From a virus, in IMG/VR virus record IMGVR_UViG_3300049259_000177, positions 50,595-114,594 of that record: 64,000 nucleotides of DNA. One strand, 5' to 3'. The position numbers and the translations under genes were made by a program. How positions within the stretch are numbered: position 1 is the first letter of the stretch; every line of letters begins with the position of its first letter. This document shows positions 1-9,950 of the stretch, in pieces. The notes under the pieces are model-generated. The model was not told the origin of the DNA. It saw only the letters and a program-made list of their open reading frames with translations, and did not search any database.

Positions 1-1202
1 GCCGGGAAGGTGACGTCCGGCCCCTCTTTCTTCGGCTGCGGCGCGCGTGTGTTCGACGTCGAGCCGTTGAGAATGCCGTCGATCTTGCGTTGCAGCCGCA
101 TCGAGATCTCGACGATGAGGTCGTTGAGTTCGATCGACGTGCTCTGTAATCCGTCCTGGCTGAACACGCGCGCGATGGTGCGCACGCGCTGCGGTGCCCA
201 GCCAGTGTCGTCGTCGGTGCGCCGCTGGTCGTAGCGGACGTAGTCGCCGAGGTAGTAGTCGACGGAGGGCGTCGGTGCGCCTTCGCCGCCAGGAATGTAG
301 ACGAGGGTGATCGCTTCACTCGTCGCCTGATAACTCGCCGCCTCGACTTCGCCTATAGCCTGCAAGGTGCCGAGGTCGGTGACGCCGCCACGACCGTCGT
401 ACGCTTCGCGGCGACGACCGGACCAGTTCGGCGTGGCTTCCTCGGCGAGCGCGCCTTCATCGCCGACGAGCAGCACCGTCGAGCGCTTGGTACGCCGCGA
501 CCGCACGCGCGGGCCCTGGGTGACGGACTGACCGAGCCGGAAGATGACGTCGGGGCGGTCGGTGCCGCCGGGCCCGGTGTCCGGTACGAACATCTGCAAC
601 GTCATGCCGTTCATGCGGAAGTCGGCCCAGGCGTTGTCCGCGAACCCTTGCAGCACCTTGAGGTAGTCGCTGCCCGTGTCGTAGGTGATCGTGTACTGCT
701 TCGGCCACGGCTGCCCGGCGGAGTCGTTGACGGCGTCGAAGTCGTAGGAGACGTCCTGCAACGCGCCGCGCGCCTTCGCCTTCGAGATCAGGTCGTGCAT
801 GATCTGACCGGGGGTGGCGTCGGCGAACCCTTGATGCGGGTCGAGGTTGATGACCGGACCGCCCGGGACGTGATCGGCCGGGAAGACGATCGGGTCTTCG
901 AGCAGCGCAAGGACGCCACGTCCGCCGAACGTCGTCGTCATCGTCGGCTTCGGCTGCTTCGCCGGATCGTCGCTGTCGTCTTCGAGCAGGTACCAGTCGG
1001 GCTGGATTACCCCGTCGACGACGGGGACGAGGACCGCTTCGTCGAGGTCGATCAGCGCCGAGCCGACGCCGAGCAGCGGGTACTCGGCAGACAGCGCACC
1101 GGTTCCGTTGAACTCTTCCTGGATGCTCGCGGAGGTGAACTCGGACAGGCGGCCGATGTAGGTGGTGCCGTCTATCTCGTAGATGTCGAAGTACACGCCC
1201 AT
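1..1202 (-). CDS. Minor tail/baseplate-hub protein (runs off the left end of the window)
   Basis: ATG at 1202 abuts the Dit stop codon. Translation begins MGVYFDIYEIDGTTYIGRLSEFTSASIQEEFNGTG. Follows tape measure and Dit, as in siphovirus tail modules. Confidence 0.75.
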   Translation of the reverse strand, partial: MGVYFDIYEIDGTTYIGRLSEFTSASIQEEFNGTGALSAEYPLLGVGSALIDLDEAVLVPVVDGVIQPDWYLLEDDSDDPAKQPKPTMTTTFGGRGVLALLEDPIVFPADHVPGGPVINLDPHQGFADATPGQIMHDLISKAKARGALQDVSYDFDAVNDSAGQPWPKQYTITYDTGSDYLKVLQGFADNAWADFRMNGMTLQMFVPDTGPGGTDRPDVIFRLGQSVTQGPRVRSRRTKRSTVLLVGDEGALAEEATPNWSGRRREAYDGRGGVTDLGTLQAIGEVEAASYQATSEAITLVYIPGGEGAPTPSVDYYLGDYVRYDQRRTDDDTGWAPQRVRTIARVFSQDGLQSTSIELNDLIVEISMRLQRKIDGILNGSTSNTRAPQPKKEGPDVTFP

Positions 1203-2036
1203 CTACACGAGCCAAGCAGGAGTGCCGGTGACGGTCAGTTTCGTGGTGGCACCGCCGCCGGTGCCGCGCAGTTGAAGCGACGGGGTGTTGCCCGGCCGGG
1301 CGGGTGGCACGTTGTGATAGCGGGCGCCGCTGTAGCGCAGGTGCCCGAGGTTGGGCACGAAGCCGCCGAGCCCGGTTGCACCCCATCCGTCGCTGCCACC
1401 GCCGACGACGATCGACTCACCGGCCGGGATCGCTCCGTCATAGGTCCACCAGTCGCCGTCGCCATCGGTGGTGGCGATAACGAGAGGGTTGTTGATCGGG
1501 CCGTCGACCTGAGTGGTGAGACGTTCCTGCGGTGCGGTGACGGCAGCGAACGAGGTGAGCGCGAGCGCCTGCGGCAGACCGGGACCTGCGACGGTTGCGT
1601 CGGTGACGGGACCTGCGTCGTCCCACCACACGCCATCCGGCACCTGCACCTCGATGGCGGCGCGGATGCCAAGGTTGCCGATCGGCGTCGGCTCGATCGC
1701 GGCAATGACCTCGCCGTAGCAGTAGCGCGCGCCGCCTCCGGCGAGTGTGCGCCTGTAGCGCTGCAACCTATGTCCGGGCGTGACGGCGCGCAGAAAGAGG
1801 TCCCACCACTGCTCGACGAGAGAGCGCGTGTCATCGCCGAGCCAGATATTGAGGGTGAAGGTGCCCTGGTCGAACTGCTTGGGTGCCCACAGTTGGCCGG
1901 TGCGATTGGCGACCTGGCCGTTTTGCCCGCGCTTGGCCGGGCTGCGGTACAAGCCGCTGCGCATCTCGACGTCGCGCAACCAGCCGTCGGTCAACAGCCA
2001 GTCATCCACCCACCAGTCTTCACGTTGATCGGTCAT
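1203..2036 (-). CDS. Distal tail protein (Dit-like)
   Basis: 277-aa ORF overlapping the tape measure stop (ATGA). Canonical position; contains GPINNP and ends ...GTPAWLV. Confidence 0.75.
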   Translation of the reverse strand: MTDQREDWWVDDWLLTDGWLRDVEMRSGLYRSPAKRGQNGQVANRTGQLWAPKQFDQGTFTLNIWLGDDTRSLVEQWWDLFLRAVTPGHRLQRYRRTLAGGGARYCYGEVIAAIEPTPIGNLGIRAAIEVQVPDGVWWDDAGPVTDATVAGPGLPQALALTSFAAVTAPQERLTTQVDGPINNPLVIATTDGDGDWWTYDGAIPAGESIVVGGGSDGWGATGLGGFVPNLGHLRYSGARYHNVPPARPGNTPSLQLRGTGGGATTKLTVTGTPAWLV

Positions 2037-5000
2037 GGGCCGAAGACCCCGATGTCCGCCATCGCTCGCAGCCGCCGGTTGATCGAGTCGCTCGCGGGCT
2101 CGGCGACCGGATTGTTGGTGACGATCGCCCCTTCCTCGAAGACCACGCCACGATCCTGCACGACTATCGGCCTCGGTTGTGTCTCACCACGCGCCGCACC
2201 GACGAGCGTGTCCAGTGAACTCGGTGCGGCCACCGCGAGTACATCGCCACCGAGTCCGTTGAGCCGGTCGATGAGGTCATCGCCGAGGAACGCGCGGGCT
2301 TTCTCTGTGAGGACGGCTTCTCCACCGAGTGCACGGATGACCCGCTCACCCCTACCCGGGATGACACCGCCGGTGTGGTAACCGACGTAGGAGCCGCCGG
2401 ACATCATCGCGGCGATGCCGGCGATGCCGGGGATGGCGCCGATGCCGCCGTAGCGGCTGACGCCATAGTTGAGACCGGCGAAGACGTTGGCGTACGGGTC
2501 GGTCGACACGCCGTAGGAGAACGGGCCGGTGCGCGCGTACTTGCCTGCGTACTTCGCGAACGTCGAGTCGATGACCTGCGCGAGCCCGACGGAGGGGTGC
2601 CCGGCCTGCCAGTTCGAGTCCCACTTGTTGACACTCTCCGGGTCGCCGGAGGACTCGCCGCTGATGAGCCGCAGCACGTACGGCGTCCACTTCGTCGACT
2701 GGCCGAGTTCGGTAAGTACCGAGTCGACCAACGACGACCAGCGCGTGACGTCGCCGGTGAGGCCTGACGTCGAAGGCGAGGGACCGGTCGGGTCGCCGGT
2801 GCCCTTGGCGGCAGCGTCTTTCTTGCCGAGCAGGTCGAGCACGCCGTCGATGAGTTGGTTCATCATGCCGCCGAGGGCCCCGGTGTATACCGGCGGCGCG
2901 TGCAAGTTCGCGTTGATGAGGTGCCGGACGGGGACGAATGCCGCCGTCAGCGCTTTCCTGAGCCCCCCAACGGCCAGGTTCTTCAAGGCGCCGACCGCGT
3001 CGCCGAACACGTCCTTGACGGCGCCGGTGACGCCGGTGACGCCGTGCCACACCGAGCCAGCGGCGCCCTTGATGTCGTGCCAGATGCCACCGATGCCGAA
3101 CGCCGGGGAACCGTCCGCCCCGACCGTCGGGCCCGGCGCGGGCGCGGCGGCGACGCGGGCGGAGAAGGTGGAGTTGATCGCGTGGATGGCGGGCGCTCCA
3201 CCGAGCCCGCGCACCGCTTCCGGCACGAGGATGCCCTCGCCGGGAGACACAAGTGCGCGGACGGTGTCGCGGCCGGGTGCGTAGCCGGGGATGACGCCGC
3301 CGTGCGCGAACTTGCCCTCGGGTAAGGGCGGCAGGTTGACGAGGTCGGCGACCTTGTTCCAGGCCCAGCGGATGCCGTTGTTGTAGACGGTGTTGACGAC
3401 GAACCGGACCGGCGCCTCGGCGACAGACTTGAGTCGCCCCCAAATCTGGCCGATCGCGCTGACCGTCGTACGGAAGGCGCCCTTGATGTCATTGAGCACA
3501 TTGGAGATCGCCGTCTTCGCCGCCCCGAACATGCTGTCGGCGGCGTTCTTGAGGCCGGTCCAGAACGTCGACCAGCCGGACGACAGTGTGTTCCAGGCGC
3601 CCGTGAACAGGCCCTTGATCCCGCCCCATATCGTGTCGATCACCGTCTTCACGGCGCCCCACAGGTCGCGCGCGACGGTCTTGAGGCCGGTCCAGAACGC
3701 CTGCCACCCGGCGGAGATGACCTTCCACTCGGTCAGGTACAGCGCCTTGATCCCGTCCCACACTGCCGCGATGGCGTCCCGCACGCCATGCCAGATCGCG
3801 AGACCGACGGTCTTGAGGCCGGTCCAGAACGCCTGCCACCCGGCGGAGATGACCTTGAAGGCGTCGGCGAAGACGGCCTTCGTCTGCTCCCAGTGCTTCG
3901 CGATGAACACGAACGCAAGACCGAGCGGGCCGGTGAGGATCGCGAACAGGTACGGCCAGTTGTCCTTGACCCAGTTCCAGACGAATTCCGCTGCTTCCTT
4001 CACTGCGTCGAAGGCACCGGTCACGATCTTGCGGAAGGTGTCGCTGCGCTGCCACAGCACGACAAAGGCGGCTCCGAGCGCGACGACGAGCCCGATGATG
4101 AGGACGATCGGGTTCGCGTCCATCGCCGCATTCAGGAGCCATTGCGCGGCGGCTACGGCCTTCGCGGCGGCAGCCTGGGCGAGTTCGGCGGCGGTAGCAG
4201 CGATCGTGCGTGCGCGGACGATGAGGAACTGCGCAGCCGTCTTCGCCAACGCACCGGCGGACAGGGCCATGTTCTTGAGGAACGTCCCGGTCCGCTTGCC
4301 CGCGTTGAGCAGCGCGTCGCCCGCCAACTTCGCTCCGCGCGCGAGTTTGCCGCCGAGCGTCGACGCCGCATTGCTGCCGGAGGTTTCGACGTCATCGAGG
4401 GCCTTTTTCTTCGCCTGGTCCTTCGGCAGTTCCTTGTCGATCTCTTTGGTGGACAAGCCGAGCGCGCCACGGAACTTGTCCCACAACTTCGACGCGCCCG
4501 GCACCTTCGACATGATGCCGCCGAGTTTCGAACCGAGTTTGCCGATGGCGCCGACGGTCAGCCCGATGCCGGTCGCTGCACCACCGATGGCGAGCAGGCC
4601 GAGCACGAACTGATGAATGCCGGGCACCTTCACGATCGCGTTGACCGCGCGCAGGATCAGGTCGAGGGAACGGGCGGCGGCGGTCAGCGCACCCGACCCG
4701 CCGCCGAGGTCGCCGAACAACTGGGCGACGGTCGTGAGCAGTTGCACGAAGGCCGGGCCGAACGAGGTGCTCATCGACTGCAACGCGGTGACGAGCGCGG
4801 GCACGAACTTGGTCGTCACTTGGTCGATCAACGTCGCGGTCGACTTGTCGGCGCCGATCTTGCCGATACCAGCGACAAGGCCGTCGAACAACCGGCCGAG
4901 CGCCTTCACGCCGGGGACCGCGTTATCGAAGTAGGTCTTGAGGGCGTTGCCCCCAGTCGTGCCGGGCTCGGTGATCGCCTTGAGTTTCTCGACGGACTTG

Positions 5001-7093
5001 TCGAGCGCGGTGAACAACTGGCGTCCTGCGGGTGCCGCCGCCTGGCCGATGTTGTGCAGTGCACCGAACAGGTCCTTGAACAGATCCCACAGCATCGAGC
5101 CCGCGTCATACGCGCGCTGGAAGAACCCGGTCAGTCCGGCGCCGGGGCCTTGCATCTCGCGCTGCACGTGCACGAGGTCGGAGAGGTTCTGTGCGCCGAT
5201 TGCGATGTTCTTCGCGAACTTCTCGACGAACGGGCCTGCGGCGACGGTCAGGTCGCGGATGATCCGCAGGATCGGGTCGAGCGCGCCACCGAGGCTTTGC
5301 AGCACGCGCACGTTCGAGTCGGTGATGGTTGCGAAGTCGCGCCGCCACGGACCAGAGGAGACCATCGTGAGCGCGCGATCGGCGACGCCGCCCATTACGC
5401 CACCGGTCTTCGATAGCAACGCGTCGAAGTTCGGCAGCAGGCGCATCGCAGCGGTGAGGCCGTCCTGCAACGGCGGCAGAAACGCCTCCTGCGCACTTGA
5501 GCGCAGGCTCTTGAGTTTCGGTTCGAGGGTGTTGGTGAGGAACTTCGCGAACGACTGACCGGCGGGGCCGAGGCCCTTGAGCGCCGCCGTCGCGGCGGCG
5601 GCGGTCGTCGACTGCTTCGCCTCGGCATCGGTCTGCGCCTTCACCGCCTGCGTCAGCGCATCCTGGGCTTCCTGGATGCGCTGGGCTGCGTCTCGGTTGG
5701 CGATCGCCTGCTCGCGCTGCGCGTCGGCGACGGCACGCTCGGCGTTGGCGATGTTCTCGGATCGTTGCAGCCGCTCGCGTTCGAGTTGACGTTCCTGATC
5801 GGCGACGGAGCGGTTCGCGTCCTGCACCTTGCGCTTTGCGTCGACGACGTTCTTCGCGCCGTTGACGCCCGCCTTCTCGGCATCAGCCGCCTCTTTCTTC
5901 AAGGCGGCGTTCTGCTCTTGGGCTTCCTTGTAGCGCTGGACCGCCTCGTCGTACTGCAACTGCGCCTCTTTGCGGTCCAGGTCGGTCGATGTCGCTGACC
6001 GGTTGACCGCGTCGAGGTTCTGCTGCGCCTGTTCCAGTGCCAACTCGGCGGAACGTTCGCTCAGGGCCGCGTCGGCGAGTTTGTCGGCGTACGCCTCAAG
6101 GTCGGCCTTCGCCTGCACCCGGGCCGCGTTGAGGTCCTCCTGTGCGTAGGTCGCGCTGCGTTGCGCGTCAGCCAGGGACCGCTCCGCGTCGGCGACCTGC
6201 TGGTTACCGGTACGGATCGCGTCGTCGCGGCTCTGCTCGGCTTGCTGAACCCGCTCCGCACCGGTGATCGTCGCCTGGTCGGCCTGCTCATGGGCGTCCC
6301 GCAGGGCTCGCTGCGCGGCGACGATGCGCTGCGCGGCTGCCTCCTGCGCGGCGGCGCTCGACGTCGCCGTACTGCCCGACTTGGCCTGCTCGGCGTTCAT
6401 TGCCTTGACGGCCTTGCCGATGCCGAGGAACGACGCGACGACCGGCGCGAGACCCTGCACGATCGCGCCGCCGATCGCGGGCAGGGTGGCGAGCAGGTTC
6501 ACCGCCGGTGCGGCGGCGGACACGAGCGAGATCAGCCCGGCGCCGAGTTGCGCGACGGCCGCGACGGCGACCTCGATCCCGGCGGCGATCGCCGGGAACT
6601 TCATCAGCGACAGGATCGCGGACGAGCCGGAGAGCAGTGCCGAGTAGTCGAAGTCGACGCTGATCTTCGAGCGGCGGTTGCGTGCCGCCCGGTCGATCTC
6701 CGCGTCGGCCTTCTCGGCGTCCGCGTCGACCTCAAGGGTCATCTTGCGGTCGCGTGCGATCCGGTCGATCTCGGCTTCGGCGGCGCTCGTGTCCGCGTCG
6801 ACGTCGACTGTGATGGTGCCCGCGCTGCGCTGCGCTTGCAGGACAGCGGCTTTGAGGTCGGCGACGAGGCGACCCTTGTCGATCGTGACCGGGATCGAGA
6901 GCGACGCGCGGGTCTCCTTGGCGGCCCGGTTGAGGTCGGCTTGCAGTCGCCGTGCGTCGATCTCCGCCTGCACTCGCGCGCGTACGCCGCGCACCTCGGC
7001 GTCGATCTTGCGTTGCAGGTCCCGGCCGAACCCGGTCGTGTCGCTGCCGACCTCGACGTAGAGCCCGCCAGCGCGGACGTCCTGCTCGGTCAT
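2033..7093 (-). CDS. Tape measure protein with C-terminal lytic transglycosylase (SLT-like) domain
   Basis: 1686 aa; Ala-rich coiled coil and Trp-periodic repeats (KVISAGWQAFWTGLKTV x2). C-terminus has ISGESSGDP..NKWDSNW..GHPSVGLAQVI..TF..Y..NVFAGLNY..RYG. Confidence 0.93.
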   Translation of the reverse strand: MTEQDVRAGGLYVEVGSDTTGFGRDLQRKIDAEVRGVRARVQAEIDARRLQADLNRAAKETRASLSIPVTIDKGRLVADLKAAVLQAQRSAGTITVDVDADTSAAEAEIDRIARDRKMTLEVDADAEKADAEIDRAARNRRSKISVDFDYSALLSGSSAILSLMKFPAIAAGIEVAVAAVAQLGAGLISLVSAAAPAVNLLATLPAIGGAIVQGLAPVVASFLGIGKAVKAMNAEQAKSGSTATSSAAAQEAAAQRIVAAQRALRDAHEQADQATITGAERVQQAEQSRDDAIRTGNQQVADAERSLADAQRSATYAQEDLNAARVQAKADLEAYADKLADAALSERSAELALEQAQQNLDAVNRSATSTDLDRKEAQLQYDEAVQRYKEAQEQNAALKKEAADAEKAGVNGAKNVVDAKRKVQDANRSVADQERQLERERLQRSENIANAERAVADAQREQAIANRDAAQRIQEAQDALTQAVKAQTDAEAKQSTTAAAATAALKGLGPAGQSFAKFLTNTLEPKLKSLRSSAQEAFLPPLQDGLTAAMRLLPNFDALLSKTGGVMGGVADRALTMVSSGPWRRDFATITDSNVRVLQSLGGALDPILRIIRDLTVAAGPFVEKFAKNIAIGAQNLSDLVHVQREMQGPGAGLTGFFQRAYDAGSMLWDLFKDLFGALHNIGQAAAPAGRQLFTALDKSVEKLKAITEPGTTGGNALKTYFDNAVPGVKALGRLFDGLVAGIGKIGADKSTATLIDQVTTKFVPALVTALQSMSTSFGPAFVQLLTTVAQLFGDLGGGSGALTAAARSLDLILRAVNAIVKVPGIHQFVLGLLAIGGAATGIGLTVGAIGKLGSKLGGIMSKVPGASKLWDKFRGALGLSTKEIDKELPKDQAKKKALDDVETSGSNAASTLGGKLARGAKLAGDALLNAGKRTGTFLKNMALSAGALAKTAAQFLIVRARTIAATAAELAQAAAAKAVAAAQWLLNAAMDANPIVLIIGLVVALGAAFVVLWQRSDTFRKIVTGAFDAVKEAAEFVWNWVKDNWPYLFAILTGPLGLAFVFIAKHWEQTKAVFADAFKVISAGWQAFWTGLKTVGLAIWHGVRDAIAAVWDGIKALYLTEWKVISAGWQAFWTGLKTVARDLWGAVKTVIDTIWGGIKGLFTGAWNTLSSGWSTFWTGLKNAADSMFGAAKTAISNVLNDIKGAFRTTVSAIGQIWGRLKSVAEAPVRFVVNTVYNNGIRWAWNKVADLVNLPPLPEGKFAHGGVIPGYAPGRDTVRALVSPGEGILVPEAVRGLGGAPAIHAINSTFSARVAAAPAPGPTVGADGSPAFGIGGIWHDIKGAAGSVWHGVTGVTGAVKDVFGDAVGALKNLAVGGLRKALTAAFVPVRHLINANLHAPPVYTGALGGMMNQLIDGVLDLLGKKDAAAKGTGDPTGPSPSTSGLTGDVTRWSSLVDSVLTELGQSTKWTPYVLRLISGESSGDPESVNKWDSNWQAGHPSVGLAQVIDSTFAKYAGKYARTGPFSYGVSTDPYANVFAGLNYGVSRYGGIGAIPGIAGIAAMMSGGSYVGYHTGGVIPGRGERVIRALGGEAVLTEKARAFLGDDLIDRLNGLGGDVLAVAAPSSLDTLVGAARGETQPRPIVVQDRGVVFEEGAIVTNNPVAEPASDSINRRLRAMADIGVFGP

Positions 7094-7494
7094 GCCACCA
7101 CCCGCACCGAGCGCTGGGTGGCCTTGAGGACGCTCACGACCCGCTTCACGCCACTACTGCCGTCACCGGTGAGGTGTGCGGGGCGCGGCACCTTGCGAGG
7201 CTTCTTACGCCGCATATCCGCCGCCAGCACCGACACCTCCTCGATCAGTTGCGCCAGCAGTTCCGTGTTCAGCGTCCAGCGGTCGAGGCTGCGGTCTTCG
7301 GGCTTGGTGCGGACCAAGGCATCCGCAGGCAGCCCTCGGACGTAGACGATCAGCCGTCGGACGCCGATGAAGCCTTCCTGGTCCGGGTCTTTCCAGACGC
7401 CCCGGAGGTCGACCCCGGGGTAGTGGTGAGCGAAGTCTGCTTCGAGGTCCCCTCCCCGCTCGTCGACGAGTCGGAGGACTGCAAGGCTTCCCCC
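7090..7494 (-). CDS. Tail assembly chaperone, -1 frameshift extension (gpGT-like)
   Basis: The -1 frame after GGGGGAA (7494-7488) reads GSLAVLRLVDERGGDLEADFAHHYPGVDLRGVW..RRLIVYVRGLP..WTLNTELLAQL and is open to the stop at 7090. Confidence 0.85.
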   Translation of the reverse strand, partial: GGSLAVLRLVDERGGDLEADFAHHYPGVDLRGVWKDPDQEGFIGVRRLIVYVRGLPADALVRTKPEDRSLDRWTLNTELLAQLIEEVSVLAADMRRKKPRKVPRPAHLTGDGSSGVKRVVSVLKATQRSVRVVA

Positions 7495-7949
7495 AGGCCC
7501 ACCCCGTACTGGCGGAACACGCCCTTCGCGAATTCGGCAACGTCTTCTCGCGTCGGTCGCGCGGCGACGAACTTGTTGTAGCCCTCCGGGTACTCCTCGG
7601 AGTTGAGCAGCCGACGGCCCGACTCGACGATGGCGTCGATCAACTCCGACGGCAGCGTCGGGCGAGCCACGAGCAGGTCGATGAGCAGCGACGTCGCGGC
7701 CATCGCCTGGTCGCGGTCGCTGGCCTGCTGCATGTCCACGGCCTTACGGATGAGCAGTGCGATGTCGAGATCGAGCAACTTGACGGGCTCGAACACGTCG
7801 AGCGGCAACTCGACCGGCAGCGCCGCGATGGTCTCGCCGCCGAGGCGGATCGGAGTCGGCGCGCCTTTCGCTTCGCGGCGTGTGGCGCGGGCGCGGTCGA
7901 GGTCGATGACGTTCTCGTCGAACGGCGCCGGAGCGTTTGGTGCGGTCAT
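7350..7949 (-). CDS. Tail assembly chaperone (gpG-like)
   Basis: Lies between major tail and tape measure; GAAAGGA RBS; contains slippery site GGGGGAA. Confidence 0.85.
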   Translation of the reverse strand: MTAPNAPAPFDENVIDLDRARATRREAKGAPTPIRLGGETIAALPVELPLDVFEPVKLLDLDIALLIRKAVDMQQASDRDQAMAATSLLIDLLVARPTLPSELIDAIVESGRRLLNSEEYPEGYNKFVAARPTREDVAEFAKGVFRQYGVGLGEALQSSDSSTSGEGTSKQTSLTTTPGSTSGASGKTRTRKASSASDG

Positions 7950-7985
7950 CTTGTGGCGTCCTTTCGTCTACCGGGGTCAGCACGG

Positions 7986-8018
7986 AGATTACGGATGGAC
8001 GGGGGTAGCGTCGCGTCG
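7986..8018 (-). promoter_or_regulatory. Late-type promoter (CGACGCGACRCTAV + 13-14 nt + -10) for the tail chaperone/tape measure operon
   Basis: CGACGCGACGCTAC-N13-TAATCT. Confidence 0.7.
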
Positions 8019-8222
8019 AGCGCGCTCCAAGTAGGGGCGTGATCCTGCCGCAAAGGTCTGACGCTCGTCGCGTCGAGCCCGTCGGGGGCGACGGCTGCGG
8101 ACCCCAGCCGCGCTGCACAGCCGCCGCCACCCAGTGGATGCGCCCCGAGGCCGCCACAGCCGGGGACGCTGCTCGACCGTAAGGGGCCGCACGACACAAC
8201 GTCGTGCTGGGCGCGCTGACCT

Positions 8223-8364
8223 CTAGTTCGAGGCGGCGGCGCCATAGCCCCGCACCCGGGACTTGCCGGTGAACGGATGACACGCTGTTGGCCCGCCAGA
8301 GCGGTCGATCAACCGCTCTAGACGGGCCAGCAGGTCAGCGCGTTGCGCCTCAGTCAGATTGCAT
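8223..8364 (-). pseudogene. Remnant of an HNH endonuclease N-terminus
   Basis: Reads NLTEAQRADLLARLERLIDRSGGPTACHPFTGKSRVRGYG then stops. Matches the DRSGGP.ACW.WTG...GYG start of phage HNH nucleases. No in-frame start and no HNH core. Confidence 0.55.
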
Positions 8365-8366
8365 CC

Positions 8367-8948
8367 TTATGCAGCGAGTGGGTCAAACGCAGGATCGTCC
8401 GTTACGTCATACCACGGGTCACCGACGTCGCTGCCCAAAATTGACAGCCGCAGCGGGAGGGTGGACTCCGCCGTCTTGTGCCACTGCTGGGTGACACCTT
8501 CGGACTGCATGCACTTCGGCACGATCCGGCGGTAGTGCTTGGTGCCGTCGGTGACCTCGATGATCGCGGCGACGTTGGTCCGGCCGCCGATGGCGGGTGG
8601 GCTGAACTTGTAGTACGGGGCGCCGCCGCCGCTGGGCGTCACCGAGGTGACCGTGCCGCCACCGTAGACGGACTTGAAGTTGTCTCCCGACCACTCCTGC
8701 AAGTCGACCTGCACCGTCGCGGCGTCGGTCGTCTGGAACCGGCGGGTCGGGTAATTCGACTGATGAGAGTTGACCTCCTGGAAGCCAGGGTTGGTCGCCC
8801 ATTCCAGCGAGTCCGGCGTGAACAGACCGACGTCCTTCCATGCCGGATCGAGAGTGGCGACGGGGCCGTCCGGTGCGATGGTGCCGACGGGGGCCAGGTA
8901 GACCCGCGCCATCTGCGCGACTGTGATGCGAGTGGCGTCACCGGCCAC
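8367..8948 (-). CDS. Major tail (tube) protein
   Basis: 193 aa, RVYLAPVGT..P....WKDVG motif, AGGAGG RBS, late-type promoter upstream. Confidence 0.88.
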   Translation of the reverse strand: MAGDATRITVAQMARVYLAPVGTIAPDGPVATLDPAWKDVGLFTPDSLEWATNPGFQEVNSHQSNYPTRRFQTTDAATVQVDLQEWSGDNFKSVYGGGTVTSVTPSGGGAPYYKFSPPAIGGRTNVAAIIEVTDGTKHYRRIVPKCMQSEGVTQQWHKTAESTLPLRLSILGSDVGDPWYDVTDDPAFDPLAA

Positions 8949-8990
8949 GGTGTACCTCCTGCGGAGATCGACGACGGGTCATCTGTGGGG

Positions 8991-9023
8991 AGATTAGGTG
9001 GCGGCTGGCTTAGTGTCGCGTCG
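8991..9023 (-). promoter_or_regulatory. Late-type promoter for major tail
   Basis: CGACGCGACACTAA-N13-TAATCT. Confidence 0.75.
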
Positions 9024-9548
9024 AGCGAAAGCACTACGCCGGTCCGCCTTCGGCGCCGTCTCCATCGCGCGAACAGCACTCGCTCCCATCTGCTCGGTCG
9101 GCAGCGGGGGGTGCAGGAACACCTGCACGCTGGACAGGTAACGGGGCTGCCCGTTGGGCAGCGGCACCCATCCGAGCGAGCCGTCCGCGCCGATGTTCGT
9201 CACGACCGGCTCCCCTGGCATGCTCGGTGTCTCCGGCACCCCGGCGACCTCCTGCAACGCGACGAGCAGCAGGCGGCGCAGCGCGGCGGCGCCAGGACGG
9301 CCGTCGAGGTCGCCAACCGCCTCGACCTGCACGATCGGGGACATGAGCCAGCGCAGACCCCGCAGCGACCCGCCGGGGGGGTCGGAAACGATCAGTCGCG
9401 GGTAGGGGACGACGTTACGCAGCCCGATGTGATCGTCGACGTCGTCGTCGGCTGTGAATCCGAGTTCCGTTTTGACCTTGTCGCTACCGCGCAGTCTCGC
9501 GACGACCACTGCGACGGGGTCGGCCGCCGCGAGGTCGATGTCGGGCAT
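8994..9548 (-). CDS. Tail terminator / tail completion protein
   Basis: Directly upstream of major tail; size and DPPGG / QPRY motifs fit. Confidence 0.6.
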   Translation of the reverse strand: MPDIDLAAADPVAVVVARLRGSDKVKTELGFTADDDVDDHIGLRNVVPYPRLIVSDPPGGSLRGLRWLMSPIVQVEAVGDLDGRPGAAALRRLLLVALQEVAGVPETPSMPGEPVVTNIGADGSLGWVPLPNGQPRYLSSVQVFLHPPLPTEQMGASAVRAMETAPKADRRSAFARRDTKPAAT

Positions 9549-9550
9549 GC

Positions 9551-9877
9551 TCAGGCAGTCGGCTCCGGTACGGGCACGGCGTCACCGGCCATCTCGGAGA
9601 CGACCTTCTCGGCCGCTTCCCGGTCGATGCCGAGTGCACCGGCAACAGCGTCCGGGTCCTCCGGGTCGACCTGTGCGTAGCCCGCGTTGATGATCGCGCG
9701 CGCCACGTGCGGGTACACGTCGATCTCGTCGCCGACCGGATAGTCCTCGTCCCTGGCGTCGAGCCCGAGCCCGGCCTGGTACGTCGGGCCGATCGGGTGC
9801 GCCAACGTCAGTCGGACCTTGCCCTCCTGGGGCTCGGCAGCCGACCGGCGACGACTTGTTGTCTTCGTAGGTGCCAC
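9551..9877 (-). CDS. Hypothetical virion protein
   Basis: 108 aa, AGGAGG RBS. Segment V.....AR.LINAGYAQ is shared with the N-terminus of the 10700-11866 protein. Confidence 0.65.
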   Translation of the reverse strand: MAPTKTTSRRRSAAEPQEGKVRLTLAHPIGPTYQAGLGLDARDEDYPVGDEIDVYPHVARAIINAGYAQVDPEDPDAVAGALGIDREAAEKVVSEMAGDAVPVPEPTA

Positions 9878-9909
9878 GGGTCCTCCTGATCACAGTGCGG
9901 TCGAGGGGC

Positions 9910-9943
9910 AGCGTAGGGCGGTCAGGGCACTAGCGTCACGTCG
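9910..9943 (-). promoter_or_regulatory. Late-type promoter
   Basis: CGACGTGACGCTAG-N14-TACGCT. Confidence 0.65.
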
Positions 9944-9950
9944 ACAGTGC

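Noticed and set aside
3676-3856. ~48-bp direct repeat in the tape measure gene
   Set aside because: It is an in-frame protein repeat typical of tape measure proteins, with no reverse transcriptase nearby to suggest a DGR.
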